Shown here: positions 1 to 12,938 of the stretch, piece by piece
How the letters are laid out: every line of letters begins with the position of its first letter
How positions within the stretch are numbered: position 1 is the first letter of the stretch
DNA from: Paraspadella gotoi
Lineage: Eukaryota; Animalia; Chaetognatha
NCBI GenBank assembly: GCA_051294375.1
Contig: JBJCIZ010001674.1
Location: 56,123-120,122, forward strand
DNA: 64,000 nucleotides
Direction of reading: 5' to 3'
Made by a program: the position numbers and the translations under genes
The notes under the pieces: model-generated
What the model saw: the letters and a program-made list of their open reading frames with translations, nothing else
Told to the model about the DNA's origin: nothing
Database searches by the model: none

Positions 1-189
1 ATTAATTTGTGTTTGAAAAAAAAATATATGAGTAAATTGTCTATCTGTAGAATCGAACCCAAGTATTTTGATCCACAATTGATCCTGACGCCTCGACGCC
101 AATTCGGATCGATATTTACTGTTTGTTTGAACTTTTATTTATATTTAAAATTAAGTTATTAAATTATTTAAATTATAATAAAAACGTCG

Positions 190-252
190 CGACCTGGTCT
201 CGAACTCGGGATTTCCAATCCACTCGTCATGTCTTAACCAGAGTCGCCACTG
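190..252 (-). repeat. tRNA-derived SINE-like head (box A/box B remnant); related segment at 53693-53752 (+)
   Basis: Minus strand reads GTGGCGACTCTGG...CCCGAGTTCGAGACC; 53693 reads GTGGTGACTCTGG...CCCGAGTTCAAACCC with similar spacing. No full cloverleaf. Confidence 0.35.
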
Positions 253-1269
253 AAATAGTTAACTCTGTTTCTTTCAAATCTTGCTTATAACATTTCCTTA
301 TAATAATAGAATTGATCTTTTGTTATCAATTAACAAAGGAACACTGTCAAATATCAATAAGCAGCTGATTCCATTTTATATTATTTTTCTTTGTTATTCC
401 AGTTAAAGTCTGGAAACCATTTTGAATTTTTCAGAGGAAATTAACTGCATTTACATCCACTATTAATTTCTCTTCGATTCGTTATTATTTAATTACTGTC
501 AATTAATTAATTGTTTTATTATTGTTTACATATAGCTATTTGAATTGCTTGATGGCAAAAGCACTTCGAATATCTATATGCTTTGATTATTTTATTAAGG
601 TATTGCTTTTAAACGATTAACCAAGCAAGTTGGTTTAGAAACCTTTACTTGACGCCATCAATAACTCTGCCACGTGCGTCAGCGTCACGCCAGCGTTAAC
701 GTCATTTCCGGTTTCAATTAAAAACTCTTCTAATCGAAACTAAAATCAAGTCTACGTCACGTCGAGTCACGCCAACGTCTCTAACGCCTTCTTACGACGC
801 CGGTAACGACGCCAGCGGCGACGCCAACTTCGCGGCCACGCCACTCTCATTCAAGCGAGCCAATCTCTTCGTTGATTCGCCTTGACGTTGGATGGCGTTA
901 TTCTGCATCAAATTGAATTGATCCTACGCCATCTACATATCTACCTCTCCCTCTCACTTTCACTCATTCATAGCTCTCTATTGGGGTCCAGTACGTATGT
1001 GCCAATGATAAGGAAGATAGTAAAAAGAGATTTAAAAAAAATCTCTCTCTTTCACTCATTCATAGCTCTCTATTTGGGTCCAGTACGTATGTGCCAATGA
1101 TAAGGAAGATAGTAAAAAGAGATTAAAAAAAAATCTTAAAAGTAAAAGGATATCACCAAGGTATAATATCAAAGAAAATTAATGAAAAAGTACTATAATC
1201 TAATTTGCATATTGCAGTAAATCATAATGAAGTGGAAATTCAAACAAAAAAAATCTTAAAAGCATAAGG

Positions 1270-1470
1270 ATAAGCGATGGTAACCAATTATTGATGCGAT
1301 GATAACCAAATATTGATGCGATGATAACCAATAATTGATGCGATGATAACCAAATGATTAATGTGATGATAACAAAATGATTGATGTGATGATAACCAAA
1401 TGATTGATGCGATGATAGTCATTCATTGATGTAATGATAATCATTCATTGACGCGATGAGTCATTCATCG
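1270..1470. repeat. 22-bp minisatellite (GATGCGATGATAACCAATAATT-like); reverse-complement arrays at 50910-51155 and 52262-52560
   Basis: Tandem units visible directly; arrays lie near HINE-like family 2 ends. Confidence 0.8.
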
Positions 1471-1498
1471 TAAATAAAACAAACAAACGAATGTATAA

Positions 1499-1540
<42 letters not shown>

Positions 1541-1868
1541 GAACTTTGTTTCCAAACATAAAACTTATTCTGACTAAATCTCAGAATAAATCCACAAAAA
1601 ATTCGGATGTAAATTTGGGATTTTGTATTGAGAAAAAAGCGCGGAATAAATGGCGATAATAGAAGTTTTTAGAAGGAAAAAAAAATCAGAATTTTTAGAA
1701 AAACACACGATCACGCAAGAGATCGTACAGAGAGAGACAGAGAGAGAGACAGATAGAGAGAAAGAGAGAGAGAGAGAGAAAGCTGGACAGCCGCTTCAGT
1801 GGGACGGACGAACGTACTTATGAACGGACGGACAGACGGACGGACGGACATTGTTTTTTTTGCATAAT

Positions 1869-4800
1869 TATCGAGCCTACCGGCGAAGCCGGTTCAGGCT
1901 CGATATTGATTCGGGTGAGCTTCTTTGTTACGTCGTCGTCGTCGTCGGCGTCACGCATTTTTATATAAAAACTACTACGCTTTTATAGTTTTGGCTGGGA
2001 CTTGCCGTTTTTTTTAATAAAAAATTATTATAAATTACAATGAAGTTTTATAAAAGTGTGCGATCATAGTAAGTTCAAAATTTAGATATGGCTTCTCATC
2101 TTGAAATAGCTCTGAATTTTTCATATTACATTTGGATTCAAGTATTTTTTGTTTGAATTTCCACTTTATTATGAATTACTGCAATATGCAAATGAGATTA
2201 GAGTACTCATTATAATATCTAAATTAGTATATAGAAATGCTTTAGTCTAATTTACATATTGCAGTAAATAATATTGAAGATGGAATTCATAAACAAATCT
2301 TTGATTCAATAAAAAACATGTAAAATCAAAAGACCTTTTTAATGTGAAGCTATATGACACAATGAAAAATGACATAACGTTACTGTTTCGATAATAAAAA
2401 AAATTTACTGTTCAATATTATTATATTTCTTTTTATTTTTTTAAACATTATAGTTTCATATGTTGATATACAAAATATCAATGCAAAATCTTTTTTTGTT
2501 TTTTAGATATGACTGAATATAAGGTGAAAGATGATAAATTTCTTTAAAAAGTTACTTATTCATATTTATTCATAGAATTGTAATCGAAAAAAATAAAAAA
2601 AATTAATAGTACCAATAGTTAGTGTGATGTCTCAAATAGATAGAAAAAAAACCTCATTTAAAAAATTTCCGAAAAATTCTTTCGGGAAAAAAAAAAAACC
2701 TCGGGAAAAAAAAATTAAAAGCTGGGAAAACTAAGGCTTTTACCAATGGCATCCTCCACGCCGATTGTTCTCTCAATAATTTTTTTTATTTAATACATTT
2801 GAAAGGGAAAAAAAGAAAATTCAGAATGCAGGTTGCAATAAAGGGTACAGATAATCTGGACTTACTGACATGAATAACCATGACCTTTTATATCTTGTGA
2901 AATGGGGCAGTAAAGAATCTAAAAAATTCAATCATTAAGTCAGTCAATGAACCCTTTCTAATGGGCTATTATGATAAATATTTTTTCTTAATTAAATGGA
3001 TGATAAATAATAAAATTAAAATTCCTTGCTATATTTAAAAGAAAATTATCAATACAATGATGTCTTGCTTTGTCAAATATATTGCCAGTTATATAATTTT
3101 TTAAAACTTTATTATGATAAACAAGCAGTGTGTCAAGCTTTTAGTTTGCAGTTAAAGATAATGAAAAATTCCATATTTTTTTCACAGACAAGAAGGTAGA
3201 TGTCCAGACTGTTTATATCAAGCTGAAAACATTTTTGTATTTATCATTTTTGATATTTAAAAAGACATTTTATCAAGCTAAAACATAAATTTTTGCTTGT
3301 TTTTTACTTTAACTTAAAAATATAAGCATTTTATGGAATAAAAAAAATTTAATAATAATCAAAATGTAATTCAGTCTTTCCTTTTTCAAATTACAAAAAG
3401 AAAAAAAAAAAAATCATATGCCTTCATTGAAATTTTTAAAGCAAAATACTGTTATACTTTTAACTCTGATTTTAAACAAAAGCTGTGTAAAGATTTATGG
3501 ATTTAATTTAATAAAACTTTTTTAGAAAGGTTGTCCCATGATTAGGGCTTTAATTTGATACCACACCCATCTTGCTAGCTCTTTTCTTTCAAAAGTTATT
3601 AAAAAAAGAACTTTTTTCAAATACGCAGTACAAATCTTTGTTAAATAAAAAATTTGGCAAAGCGGGAGTATCTCACTTGTTTCTATTGATACAATACTTA
3701 AATTTTTAAATACTTGAAGAAAATTTTTTTTGTCATTTAGAGACATATCACTTTCAGGTGTACCCATCGTATAATAATTGATTTATTTATTTTCCCAAAA
3801 AAAGCCTAATTAAAAAGTTGAAATTTTTTCAAATTGTTGGAAAAAAATTTCCTCTGACCTATGCTCATTGAGAATAATGGTTTTGCATAGAAAATCAAAA
3901 TATCAAAAAAATAAAAAAATCAGCCTCTAGAAAAATTGAAAGGCTAGAGGCTGATTTTTTTAGAATTGCAATTTTTTTCCTAACTCGAAATTCATTATTC
4001 TCAAGTTTCAAAATATTTTTTTCCAAAATCATTCAACAATTTTTTTTTATTAATTTAAAATGTTTTTATGATGTTGTTTTTGTTTGAAAGAATTGAAAAA
4101 AAGTAAAAAATATAGTAATTATATAAGGTTTTTGGAAATACCTCTAAAATATTAGATAATTAGACACAAGGGGAGTAAGCAGAGAAAACTTCCCATTCAT
4201 AAAAAAAATTGAAAATGAATTTGTCATATTGTTATTTAGATTAATTGATTAATTACAAACATATGATTCATATAAATTGAGGAAATGATGGGTAAAAAAT
4301 ATTCATCTTGGTCTCGGTTAACTATTAAGTTATTGTTAAAGTTTTGTTTAAATAATATTAATATTTTTTTTTACATCTATAAAAGCAATGGTCTACAATT
4401 TTTGTAAGCGTTTCGAGCTATATTGCTTCATCTTTTTTACTATTTTTGATCTAGTTAGCTTTTTTGTTGATGGTCAAGGGTTATGGTCAGACACAGTAAT
4501 GTCCAGTAGTGAATATCGCACATATTACCAAAAGTAATAATTAATTTGGCTCAGAAAACAATTTTAAAGGGACAAAATCAGCACGAGACAGTACGGTCCA
4601 CGTTATTTTTCATTGTGTCATATAACTATCATCGTAACATGGTCTAGGTGAAACCAATGTCCTAAACTCTCTCGCCACTTCTCTTAAGTAGTCAATAATA
4701 ATCTTCTCTCAAAAATAAAAAACAATTTCTATCTTTTTTTTGCCGGTTTATGGTTTAACAAACAATGTTTCTAGTTATCAAGCTCCATTAGTGAGGCAGT

Positions 4801-4960
4801 GAAATGTGTATTTATTTTCTGTTTCATATCGATTCAAGTATTTTTTGTTTGAATTTCCACTTCATTATGATTTACTGCAATATGCAAATTAGATTAAAGT
4901 ACTTTTTCATTAATTTTCTTTGATAGTAAGGTCGAGATCCTTATACTTTTAAGATTTTTT
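1869..4960 (+). mobile_element. HINE/Helentron-like non-autonomous element, family 2 (boundaries approximate)
   Basis: 5' TTATCGAGCCT-ACCGGCGAAGCCGGT-TCAGGCTCGAT hairpin, then (GTC)n; 3' GATCCTTATACTTTTAAGATTTTT end motif shared with other copies. Confidence 0.5.
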
Positions 4961-6248
4961 TATTTGGTTTTTTATTAATTTTTTTCATTCATTCGCTTTT
5001 ATTTCTTTTGCTTCTTTGTTAATTTTAAAGAGAGAAAGAAAAAGAGAGAAAAAGTAAAATAAGAGGGATTATTTATTGTTAGCTAAATTGAATATATATT
5101 ATTACATGGAAAGGCGAAAAAAAGGAAAAAGGTAAAATAAAAGGGTGAAAAAAGGAGAGAAAAGAAAGAGGGAAAGAAAAAGGGGAAAAGTGAGAAAGAA
5201 AAAGAAAGAAACGGGAGGAGTTAATTAAAGGGGAAGGAAGAATAAGAGAGAGATTAGGATAGAAAAAAAAGAAGAAAATAACAAAGGTAAAAAGCAGGGA
5301 AAAAGTGGAGAAGAGAGAGAGGGGTAAATATATGGTGAGAAGGGGAGAGGAGAATAAGAGAGGATAGGAAAAAATATATTTTTTTTAAATTTAAAGATTT
5401 CATACCAAAAAATGAAAAAAAAATCATATTTGAAAATTAACCGAATTTAACTGTTAAAATAAATATATTAACGGTTAAGTTAAAATTATTTTTAACCGTT
5501 AATAACCGTTAACAGTTAACGGTTATCGGAACTCTAGTCGCGTGGGATCAACGCTTCCATCCCTTCCTCGATCGGTGCCATCATAGAGTTGAGTCGATGA
5601 ATCACATTGCAGCCGATGGCAAAACCGATCGGCCATCGTTATCGGCGGATATCGCCACGCCCACCTTCGCCATCGATTGTTGCCATTTGAGGCGGGAGTA
5701 ATTCGACGGCGAATCTCATCTTATTCCTAGGGTCTTATTGATATTGTTCCATGATACTGAAGGAGAAAGCAGTAAACAATAAATCATAATCAATGAAAAA
5801 CGTCTCATCAGAGGCGTGGGTTAAATGTGGTGGCGGGCCGGCGGCTGCCACCACATTTAAGGAAAAAATCATGGATTTCCAAGTTGAAATCAAAACAAGA
5901 TTTATCCTGAGATAAAGCTTGACGGAGAGACGCACGCAGGATCAATGCTACTGAAACTAAGGAAGGCTAAGTCTATTTATATTTGAGAGAGAGGATCAGA
6001 GGCAAGAGTGATTTTGACAGTTCAATGGTTCTTGCAAGCTGATTGGTCGATTCCGTTTCCAGATCAGCCAATCAGCATTCAGCGATTTCATTCTGGCGGC
6101 GATTGCCCGATCCTCCGATCCGTTTTCGATTCTGGTGAGATTGATCTCCTGCGATGAGCTAATGATCTCAGAATAATAGTGTGGTCTTTTCATACAATTG
6201 AAACATTCTTTGAAATATTTTCCACTTCATTGATAGGGAAGCCAGGTA

Positions 6249-6392
6249 CTCTGGGAGTGAATAAACGGGACTGTGAAAGAGTCTTGATTGAAAGCTTGTA
6301 GGGACCTGCTATGTCATTATCTTGTAAGAGTGATGGAGGCCTTAAACCACCAAAGCCTGTCCAAAGTCAGGGGCAAGATAGCTTATTTATTA
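6249..6392. repeat. Dispersed ~140-bp repeat (copies 6249-6392; reverse complement at 40280-40403; diverged at 24642-24772)
   Basis: Direct similarity, e.g. GACCTGCTATGTCATTATCTTGTAAGAGTGAT vs ATCACTCTTACAAGATAATGACATAGCAGGTC. Confidence 0.75.
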
Positions 6393-8362
6393 AATGAATG
6401 GATAATTTTTATATTGGTTGTACCAATTTCATATGAATGATAATTAAAATAATGTTTTATTTGTAAACTAATTAACATTCAAAACGAATAAGAGTCCGAT
6501 GATGAATCTCCAGGAAAGTTTCTTTCCAACATTATTAAAAACATTAAGAAAAAAGACTTATAACCCCATTATTAAATCGTTATTGATTACCTTTAAAGCC
6601 ATTTGTGACACGAGGAATACGTCATTTACCTCAATCTTTGACGCTCAAATGTCATCTATCGCGCCACTAACTCCATCTCCGATGCCACCATTCATCGTGG
6701 CGCCATCCCTCGGCCGAGTTTCGAAACGGCGTTGATAAGAGGGGAAATCGATTCCCCCTCGAACAAATGAACAGTCGAGGCGAGACGGTGACCCGTACGC
6801 CCTCTGGAGAGGCAATCGGCGCCGGAAATTGAAGAGCGCCACGCGATGAGGGGTCGACAAGGGGGGACCAAGAGTGATCTCAGAAAGGGTGGATGACGGG
6901 GAAATATGGTCATACATAGCTTCGTGGACAAGTTTATTAGTTGCGCCACGAGTACTCGGTCGGTAAGTCTGTCCATCGGTCGGTCCCACTTACGTTAAAA
7001 ATTCTCATAACTCGCCTGTAGTTGGTTGCTCATTTGTTAAGACAAGAAAAAACCTCAAATCTAAGTGACTGCTAGCGACACCTTCAGGAAATCCTAAACT
7101 ATAAAGAACAAAAGATGAAATCCAATGCAGTGCATATTGTGGCAAAAACAACATGCAACCTTACCAGATCAAGAACTGGTCGAACTCTCTCTTTCTCTCT
7201 CTCTCTCTCTCACTCAATCGCCGACCGATCACCACGGTCACCAAGGGTCATCATTGACTCTCTCACCCGGCTCCTCAGCCGGTTCCTTTGTAAAGTTATT
7301 GTTACTGTTTTAGACTTAGCATCGCCACTTGTTGATTTCATATTTGTTGTTTGAGAATAAATCATTCTCGATCTGAACTTCGTCTTTTTAATAACTGCCA
7401 CAATATCATAAATACACGGGCTAAGAAAGTCACTGAGGATTGGATGTAACGATCTTGTTTTAATAAAATTGTGGTCACACGTTGACCACTGGAGTTGGGA
7501 TGAGGACGTTTTTTTTAGGCTGCGCCTTAATAAAATCACGGACGGAATATTACAGGCAGATCCAAAGGTTTTATTATTAGTATTCACGTCATCGTCTTGC
7601 GCAGAACCTTTTTATGTATATGACAAAGCTAAACAAAGAAAAGACGATTTCGAAGAGAAAAACTGATTAATAACTTGTAGATAATTAGCCGAGAACAAAA
7701 TTGAAACCCGAGAAACCTGTTCTTTCTCCCCTTTTTTATATTTTTTTTATTTTGTAGTGAAGAGAAAGTTAATAAAACAGATCAAATATAGAGAGAGAGA
7801 GCAAATGATTTCGGCCAAAGCGACTGGCCTGTTGGAAATTCATCATTTCCATCAAACTAGTGTCAAGTTATGAAATTAATTACAACTAGTACAAAATTAG
7901 AGTTAACCAAAAAGCTGATTGAAACGTCTGATATAAAGGGAAATTTTTCGTGGACACAACAGATTTATATATTAAATAGAAAGCTAAACAATTTTGTGCA
8001 AACAATGTCGGATCTGCCTACGATAATTAGGCGGTAATAACCTAATTCGATGATAATTCATGGTAATCTTTTCTGACTTTCAATTTCAATTTCATAACAA
8101 ATTGTAACATAACAATTCATAACAGACTTCTTAATAAACATATGAAAACAAGTTTGAGCAAACAATGTCGGATCTGCCTACGATAATTAGGCGGTAATAA
8201 GCTAATACGATGATAATTCACGGTAATCTTTTCTGACTTTTAATTTCAATTTTATAACAAATCGTAACATAACAATTCATAACAGACTTCTTAATAAATA
8301 TAAGAAAACAAGTTTGAGCAAACGATGTCGGAACTGCCCACGATAATTAGGCGGTAAACAAA

Positions 8363-8398
<36 letters not shown>

Positions 8399-9130
8399 AA
8401 AAAATAAAATAAAAAAAATTAAATAAAAAAATAAAAAAATAAAAAAAATAAATAAATGTACAAATAATTTTTTCAACTATTATTATTTTTTCAACTCGCA
8501 TCATTTTTTTCAACTCGCATCATTTTTTTGGTCATATTTTTCAAACAGTAATCTTTTCTGACTTTCAATTTCATAACAAATCGTAACATAACAATTCATA
8601 ACAGACTTCTTAATAAATATATGAAAAAAACTATAAATCAATTTTGTCAACTGGCAAAATTTGGTCAACTGTGGCATAAGTTGGTCAACTGGCATTATTT
8701 TCTCAACTGGTATAATTTGGTAAACTGGCATTATTTTCTCAATTGGCATAATTTGCTCAACCGGCATAAATTGGTCAACTGGTATAATTTGGTCAACTGG
8801 TATAATTTGCTAAACTGGCATAATTTTATCAAGTGGCATAATTTGGTCAACTTGCAGAGTTTGATCAAACAATCAATTAATCAATAAATCAATCAATCAA
8901 TCAAACAATCAATCTATCAATCAATAAATGTGTCTCTTGGTTTTCTTATTTAAACTCTTTTTCACTCCTACGATTCCATCAAAAATTTATATTCAGTTTA
9001 ACCACATACTTTCCTACCCACACACAAAGTTTCATTTCAATTTATCTATCCAATTTTTAATCAATATAATATAATAATTATGTGTTAGGAAAACAGTTTT
9101 TAAGGTCAACAACATTTATTATTGGATATA

Positions 9131-9173
9131 AGTCGGACAAGTTTCAACTCTTTAAGAGTCTTCTTCAGCGATT
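9131..9173 (-). ncRNA. Minimal type I hammerhead ribozyme in PLE pseudo-LTR (sense copy)
   Basis: Minus strand AATCG-CTGAAGA-A-GACTCTT-A-AAGAGTT-GAAA-CTTGTC-CGAC: CUGANGA and GAAA cores, stem II, very short stem III, GUC triplet. Confidence 0.7.
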
Positions 9174-9349
9174 TTTAAAATAATCAACAATTTCTCTCTT
9201 TAACATTAGCTTTGAGAGTGAGAGAGAGAGAGAGAGAGAGAGGAGGGAGATTCCAACAAAGAATTTAGAAAGGACAGTGGTCAGATGTGAGGACAGGTGA
9301 AGGTAAGGACAGGGAAGAAGATAAGATTGGTTGAAACTTGAAAGGTGAA

Positions 9350-9387
<38 letters not shown>

Positions 9388-9650
9388 CAACAGAGGCAGA
9401 GAAAATAATTACATTTAGCAATGTACAACAGAATAATAAATGGAAACTTAATACTAAACTAGTAATAACAAAAAGAAATTAATAATTTAGTTAACTATTA
9501 AGAATGAAATTTGAAAAGGAAAATAAGTTGTTAGGGATAGATAAGTGAAGGTGTTAGTGAAAGAAGATAAAGAAAAAGAGCTCAAAAGGAGCTGGCCCCC
9601 CCGGCCTGGCAAATGTAGGACGTGAGCGATGTGATCGGGTCATTGGCTTG

Positions 9651-12065
9651 TCATAGACTGGAAGTGGATTGTAGTAGGCTGGGTATGATTCCCAAGGCCG
9701 TTCTAATATCCCTCTGGCCTGATAAGCCTGCCGACGGCCCTCCTCTCGCCTGATGACGAGGCGGGTGATTATCTGTTCTGGCCTGCTTAATTGCAGGGGA
9801 TACAGATTCCTCTCCTTCTTCCTGCAGCCGTCGTTTTGGGCGACGCTCGGTGCGAGGAGAGTCACACCAAGTTGCTGCAAGTTTGGGAGAGGCATCGGGC
9901 GTCCATTGCCTGCTGAGAGGCCTCCGCCTGACCCGTTGAGTAGGGACAGGGGAATCACCGTGCGGTTGTGGGTGCGTTGGGCGTTCCACCTCCATTTTGA
10001 TAAGCGAATCATAGCTTGGAGGGAGGTCGAATCGTCCTCCATCACGGTTCAGAGAGGGCTCGAGGGCTTTGATGTAAATTGCCTCTCTAATACTCTAGTG
10101 AACCAGTTTTGGTCATGGGACAGCACGAGACAGTCCGTCTCTCTAAACAGATGGCCAGAAGATGCCGAATGTCTCAGCAATAGCCGACAAAGTGACCACG
10201 GGCGTCACGATAGGCTTTATGTGCTGTTTGAACCGATCTGAGAGAGATTTTCCGGTCTCGCCCACGTATGCTGCTGAGCAGGTTGGTTTCCCTTGCCTGC
10301 ACAGGCCGCCCAGTAGACAGCTCCTGAGGTGTTCGGTCTGGGAATTTTGTCTTTCGGTTTCATCAAATGCTCACGTTAAAGAGCCGCGGGCCGTCACTGA
10401 AGTGGAGATTCCCTGCTTTGCTAGCACCCGCACCAATGGTTCAGTGATCCCCTGGTGGTAGGGGAGGACAGGTGGCCCACGTTCTTGAGACGCTTCTGCT
10501 TATCTCCCATTTGCGCTGTGGTGGGCGCGTAGGTCCTTTAGCAGCAAGGCCTTGTTCGTCCTCCTGGGGGGCGGAGGTTGAACTTGCGTCAGCGGTTACT
10601 TGGGCAGCCCCTTGTTGGCCACTGCCCTCAGCCTGGTTCAGCCGAAACCTTAGCCTTCTCGTAAGCCCACAGAGGGTAACCATTGAGCGCCAGGGCTCTT
10701 TTGACATGCTCAAGCTCGGCGGCCCTGGAGCTCGGGGGTCGACGGAATCAGAAGAGCTCTTCTGGTAAGGACCTGACCGTGGCGAGCTTATGTGACAAGG
10801 GAGCATGCGAATTGAAGGGAATGTATTGATCAGTATGCGGTAGGTTTGCGGTAGACAGAAAACTCCAATGAGCCACCCTCTTTGCGCTTAATAAGCACAT
10901 CGAGCATTGGAATTTTTCCATTCTCCTCCTTTTCGCACGTCCACTTGATGCTTGCTTCGATGCTGTTCAAATGGGATAATAGGTATCAACGAGATCCCTT
11001 CTCACGGCCAGGATAGTATCGTCTGCCTTCCGAACCAGAAAAGAACAGACTCTGCCCCATGCAGAGATCGAAAAGAGGTCAAAGCTTCCACCTCATAGTC
11101 CTCCATATAGAAGTCTGCCAGAGGACTGAGGTTGATTTGCCCATCCTAAGCCACCAGGCTGGCATAGTTACCATCGAACCTGAAGTACGCCAGTTCCAGG
11201 TCGAGTTGCAACAGTGCCATGATATCACCCAATTGGATTGGCGTACGTTCGTGTAACAGCCGGTCTCCCTTCAGGCGGCGTTCTGCGGAGGCTAACGCCA
11301 GTCCCTGAGGGATGTTTGTAAACATACTTTGTAAGTCACACGAGACCAAGAGATGACTATCGGGCACTATGATGTGTTGCAACTTTTCCGTCAGATCTAG
11401 AGAATTTTTGAGGTGGTGTGGGTTACCGACGAGAGGAGTGAGAATTTTTCCCAGTTCCTTCGTCATTCCATTAAAAATGGAATTGCGAGCCGACACGATA
11501 GGGCGTAGCGGTAAATCGGGCTTATGAACCTTCGGCTGACCGAAGAAAAGCGGCGGCTGCGTTGAGTCAGGATTGACTCTGTGAAATACTGCCGGGGAAC
11601 AGTACTCACATATTTTGCTTGTCACTGTTTGAATTTTTACTCTGTATACGAGAGTAGGGTCTTTTGCCAAGGGTTTGTATGTTTCCTTGTCCGAGAGCAT
11701 TTTCAGTACCTTGGTCTTGTAGTCATGAGCGTTCATAACTACCGCAGCACGCCCCTTATCTGCGGGGTGAACCATGATTGCTCGATTACGCTTGAGTGAG
11801 GCAATGGCCATGCGCTCACTCTTACCGACATTGGAGGCTGGCGGAACTCGTTTGGCATTGAGTATGTTTGCCGCCCCCGCCCGAAGGGTAGCCGCCACTT
11901 CGGGCCGTTGATCGAGGAGCCGGGCTCCTGTCTCAACGCCGACGATGAGGTTAACAATAGGAATTTTAAAAGGTGTTGGAACAAAAGACAAACCTTTACG
12001 TAATACTGAATCTTCATCATCCGTTAGAACATGGTCAGAGTGATTCGTTAACCAACATTCTTGGG
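9651..12065 (-). pseudogene. PLE reverse transcriptase + GIY-YIG endonuclease ORF, frameshifted
   Basis: Motifs across frames: LRKGLSFVPTP, PADKGRAAVV, FGQPKVHKPDLPLRPIVS, DLQSMFTNIP, LADFYME, RKADDT, IKWTCEKE..GKIPMLDV, VYRKPT.HTDQY, NGYP, KPKD, GAVY, YVGETGKSL..RFKQH, REAIYI, LNRDGG. Confidence 0.93.
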
Positions 12066-12355
12066 CTTTCTTGATTTCGTCAGTAGAAAGAGGGAATAGT
12101 TCGTTGTGCCGCTGTTGGCGTCTATCCTTTTTCGATGCGCCTTCAAAGCTCTTTTTGAGCTCTTTTCTTTATCTTACTTTCACTAACACCAAGTTTCAAC
12201 CAATCTTATCTTCTTCCCTGTCCTTACCTTCACCTGTCCTCACATCTGACCACTGTCCTTTCTAAATTCTTTGTTGAATCTCCCTCCTCTCTCTCTCTCT
12301 CTTCTCTCTCACTCTCAAAGCTAATGTTAAAGAGAGAAAATTGTTGATTATTAAA

Positions 12356-12404
12356 AAATCGCTGAAGAAGACTCTTAATAAAGAGTTGAAAACTTGTCCG
12401 ACTT
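12356..12404 (+). ncRNA. Minimal hammerhead ribozyme, inverted pseudo-LTR copy
   Basis: AATCG-CTGAAGA-A-GACTCTT-AATA-AAGAGTT-GAAAA-CTTGTC-CGAC; has an extra A after GAAA. Confidence 0.6.
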
Positions 12405-12842
12405 ATATCCAATAATAAATCGTTGTTGACCTTAAAAACTGTTTTTCCCTTAATTTACAAACACAACGAAAAGAAAGAATCATAACAAATAATTATGTGT
12501 AAATATAAGTAAAAATGCTTCAAGTAAATATGACTTTTGTTTTTTCCATTTAAACTTATTTCCAATAGCACAATTCCATCGAAACTTTATATTCAGCTCA
12601 ATCACACATTTTCTTCCCCACACAAAATCCATCCATCCAATCACGAGTAATTGGAGTTTAATGAAAAGGTGGGACGGACAGTCAGACAGACAGACAGAGA
12701 GACAGACAGACAGACAGACGGACGGACGAACATGATTTTTTTGCACTACTTAAGTACTTATCGTAGAGAAAACAAAGTTTTATTTTTTGTGTGAAAAACA
12801 ACGATTTTATTAATTATTTACAGACATGTTTCGACTCTTGTT

Positions 12843-12938
12843 GGAATTCTGAGAGGGCGGGAAGTGGAATTCTGAGAGGGGGGAAGTGGAATTCTGAGAG
12901 AAGGGAAGTGTAATTCTGAGAGGGGGGAAGTGGAATTG
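12843..12938. repeat. 22-bp tandem repeat GTGGAATTCTGAGAGGGGGGAA, ~4 units
   Basis: Seen directly. Confidence 0.85.

Larger units (their letters stand above)
9086..12487 (-). mobile_element. Penelope-like retroelement (PLE, Penelope/Poseidon-type), 5'-truncated with inverted pseudo-LTR
   Basis: RT plus GIY-YIG ORF on minus; 9087-9594 is the reverse complement of 12147-12450 (apart from a ~210-bp deletion); candidate 13-bp TSD AATAATTATGTGT at 9073-9085 and 12488-12500. Confidence 0.92.

Noticed and set aside
5430-5538. hAT-like right end with TAACCGTTA subterminal repeats ending CGGAACTCTA
   Set aside because: No matching left TIR or TSD found in the window.
5535-7670. GC-richer patches with short ORFs and splice-like signals
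   Set aside because: Could not assemble a consistent exon chain or recognise a domain.
9341-9550. Possible intron in the PLE pseudo-LTR (absent from the inverted copy)
   Set aside because: Boundaries are not GT-AG; CACC microhomology points to a simple deletion.
12843-12938. Short regularly spaced repeats resembling a CRISPR array (also the 18/22-bp arrays)
   Set aside because: No unique spacers, no cas genes, eukaryotic context.
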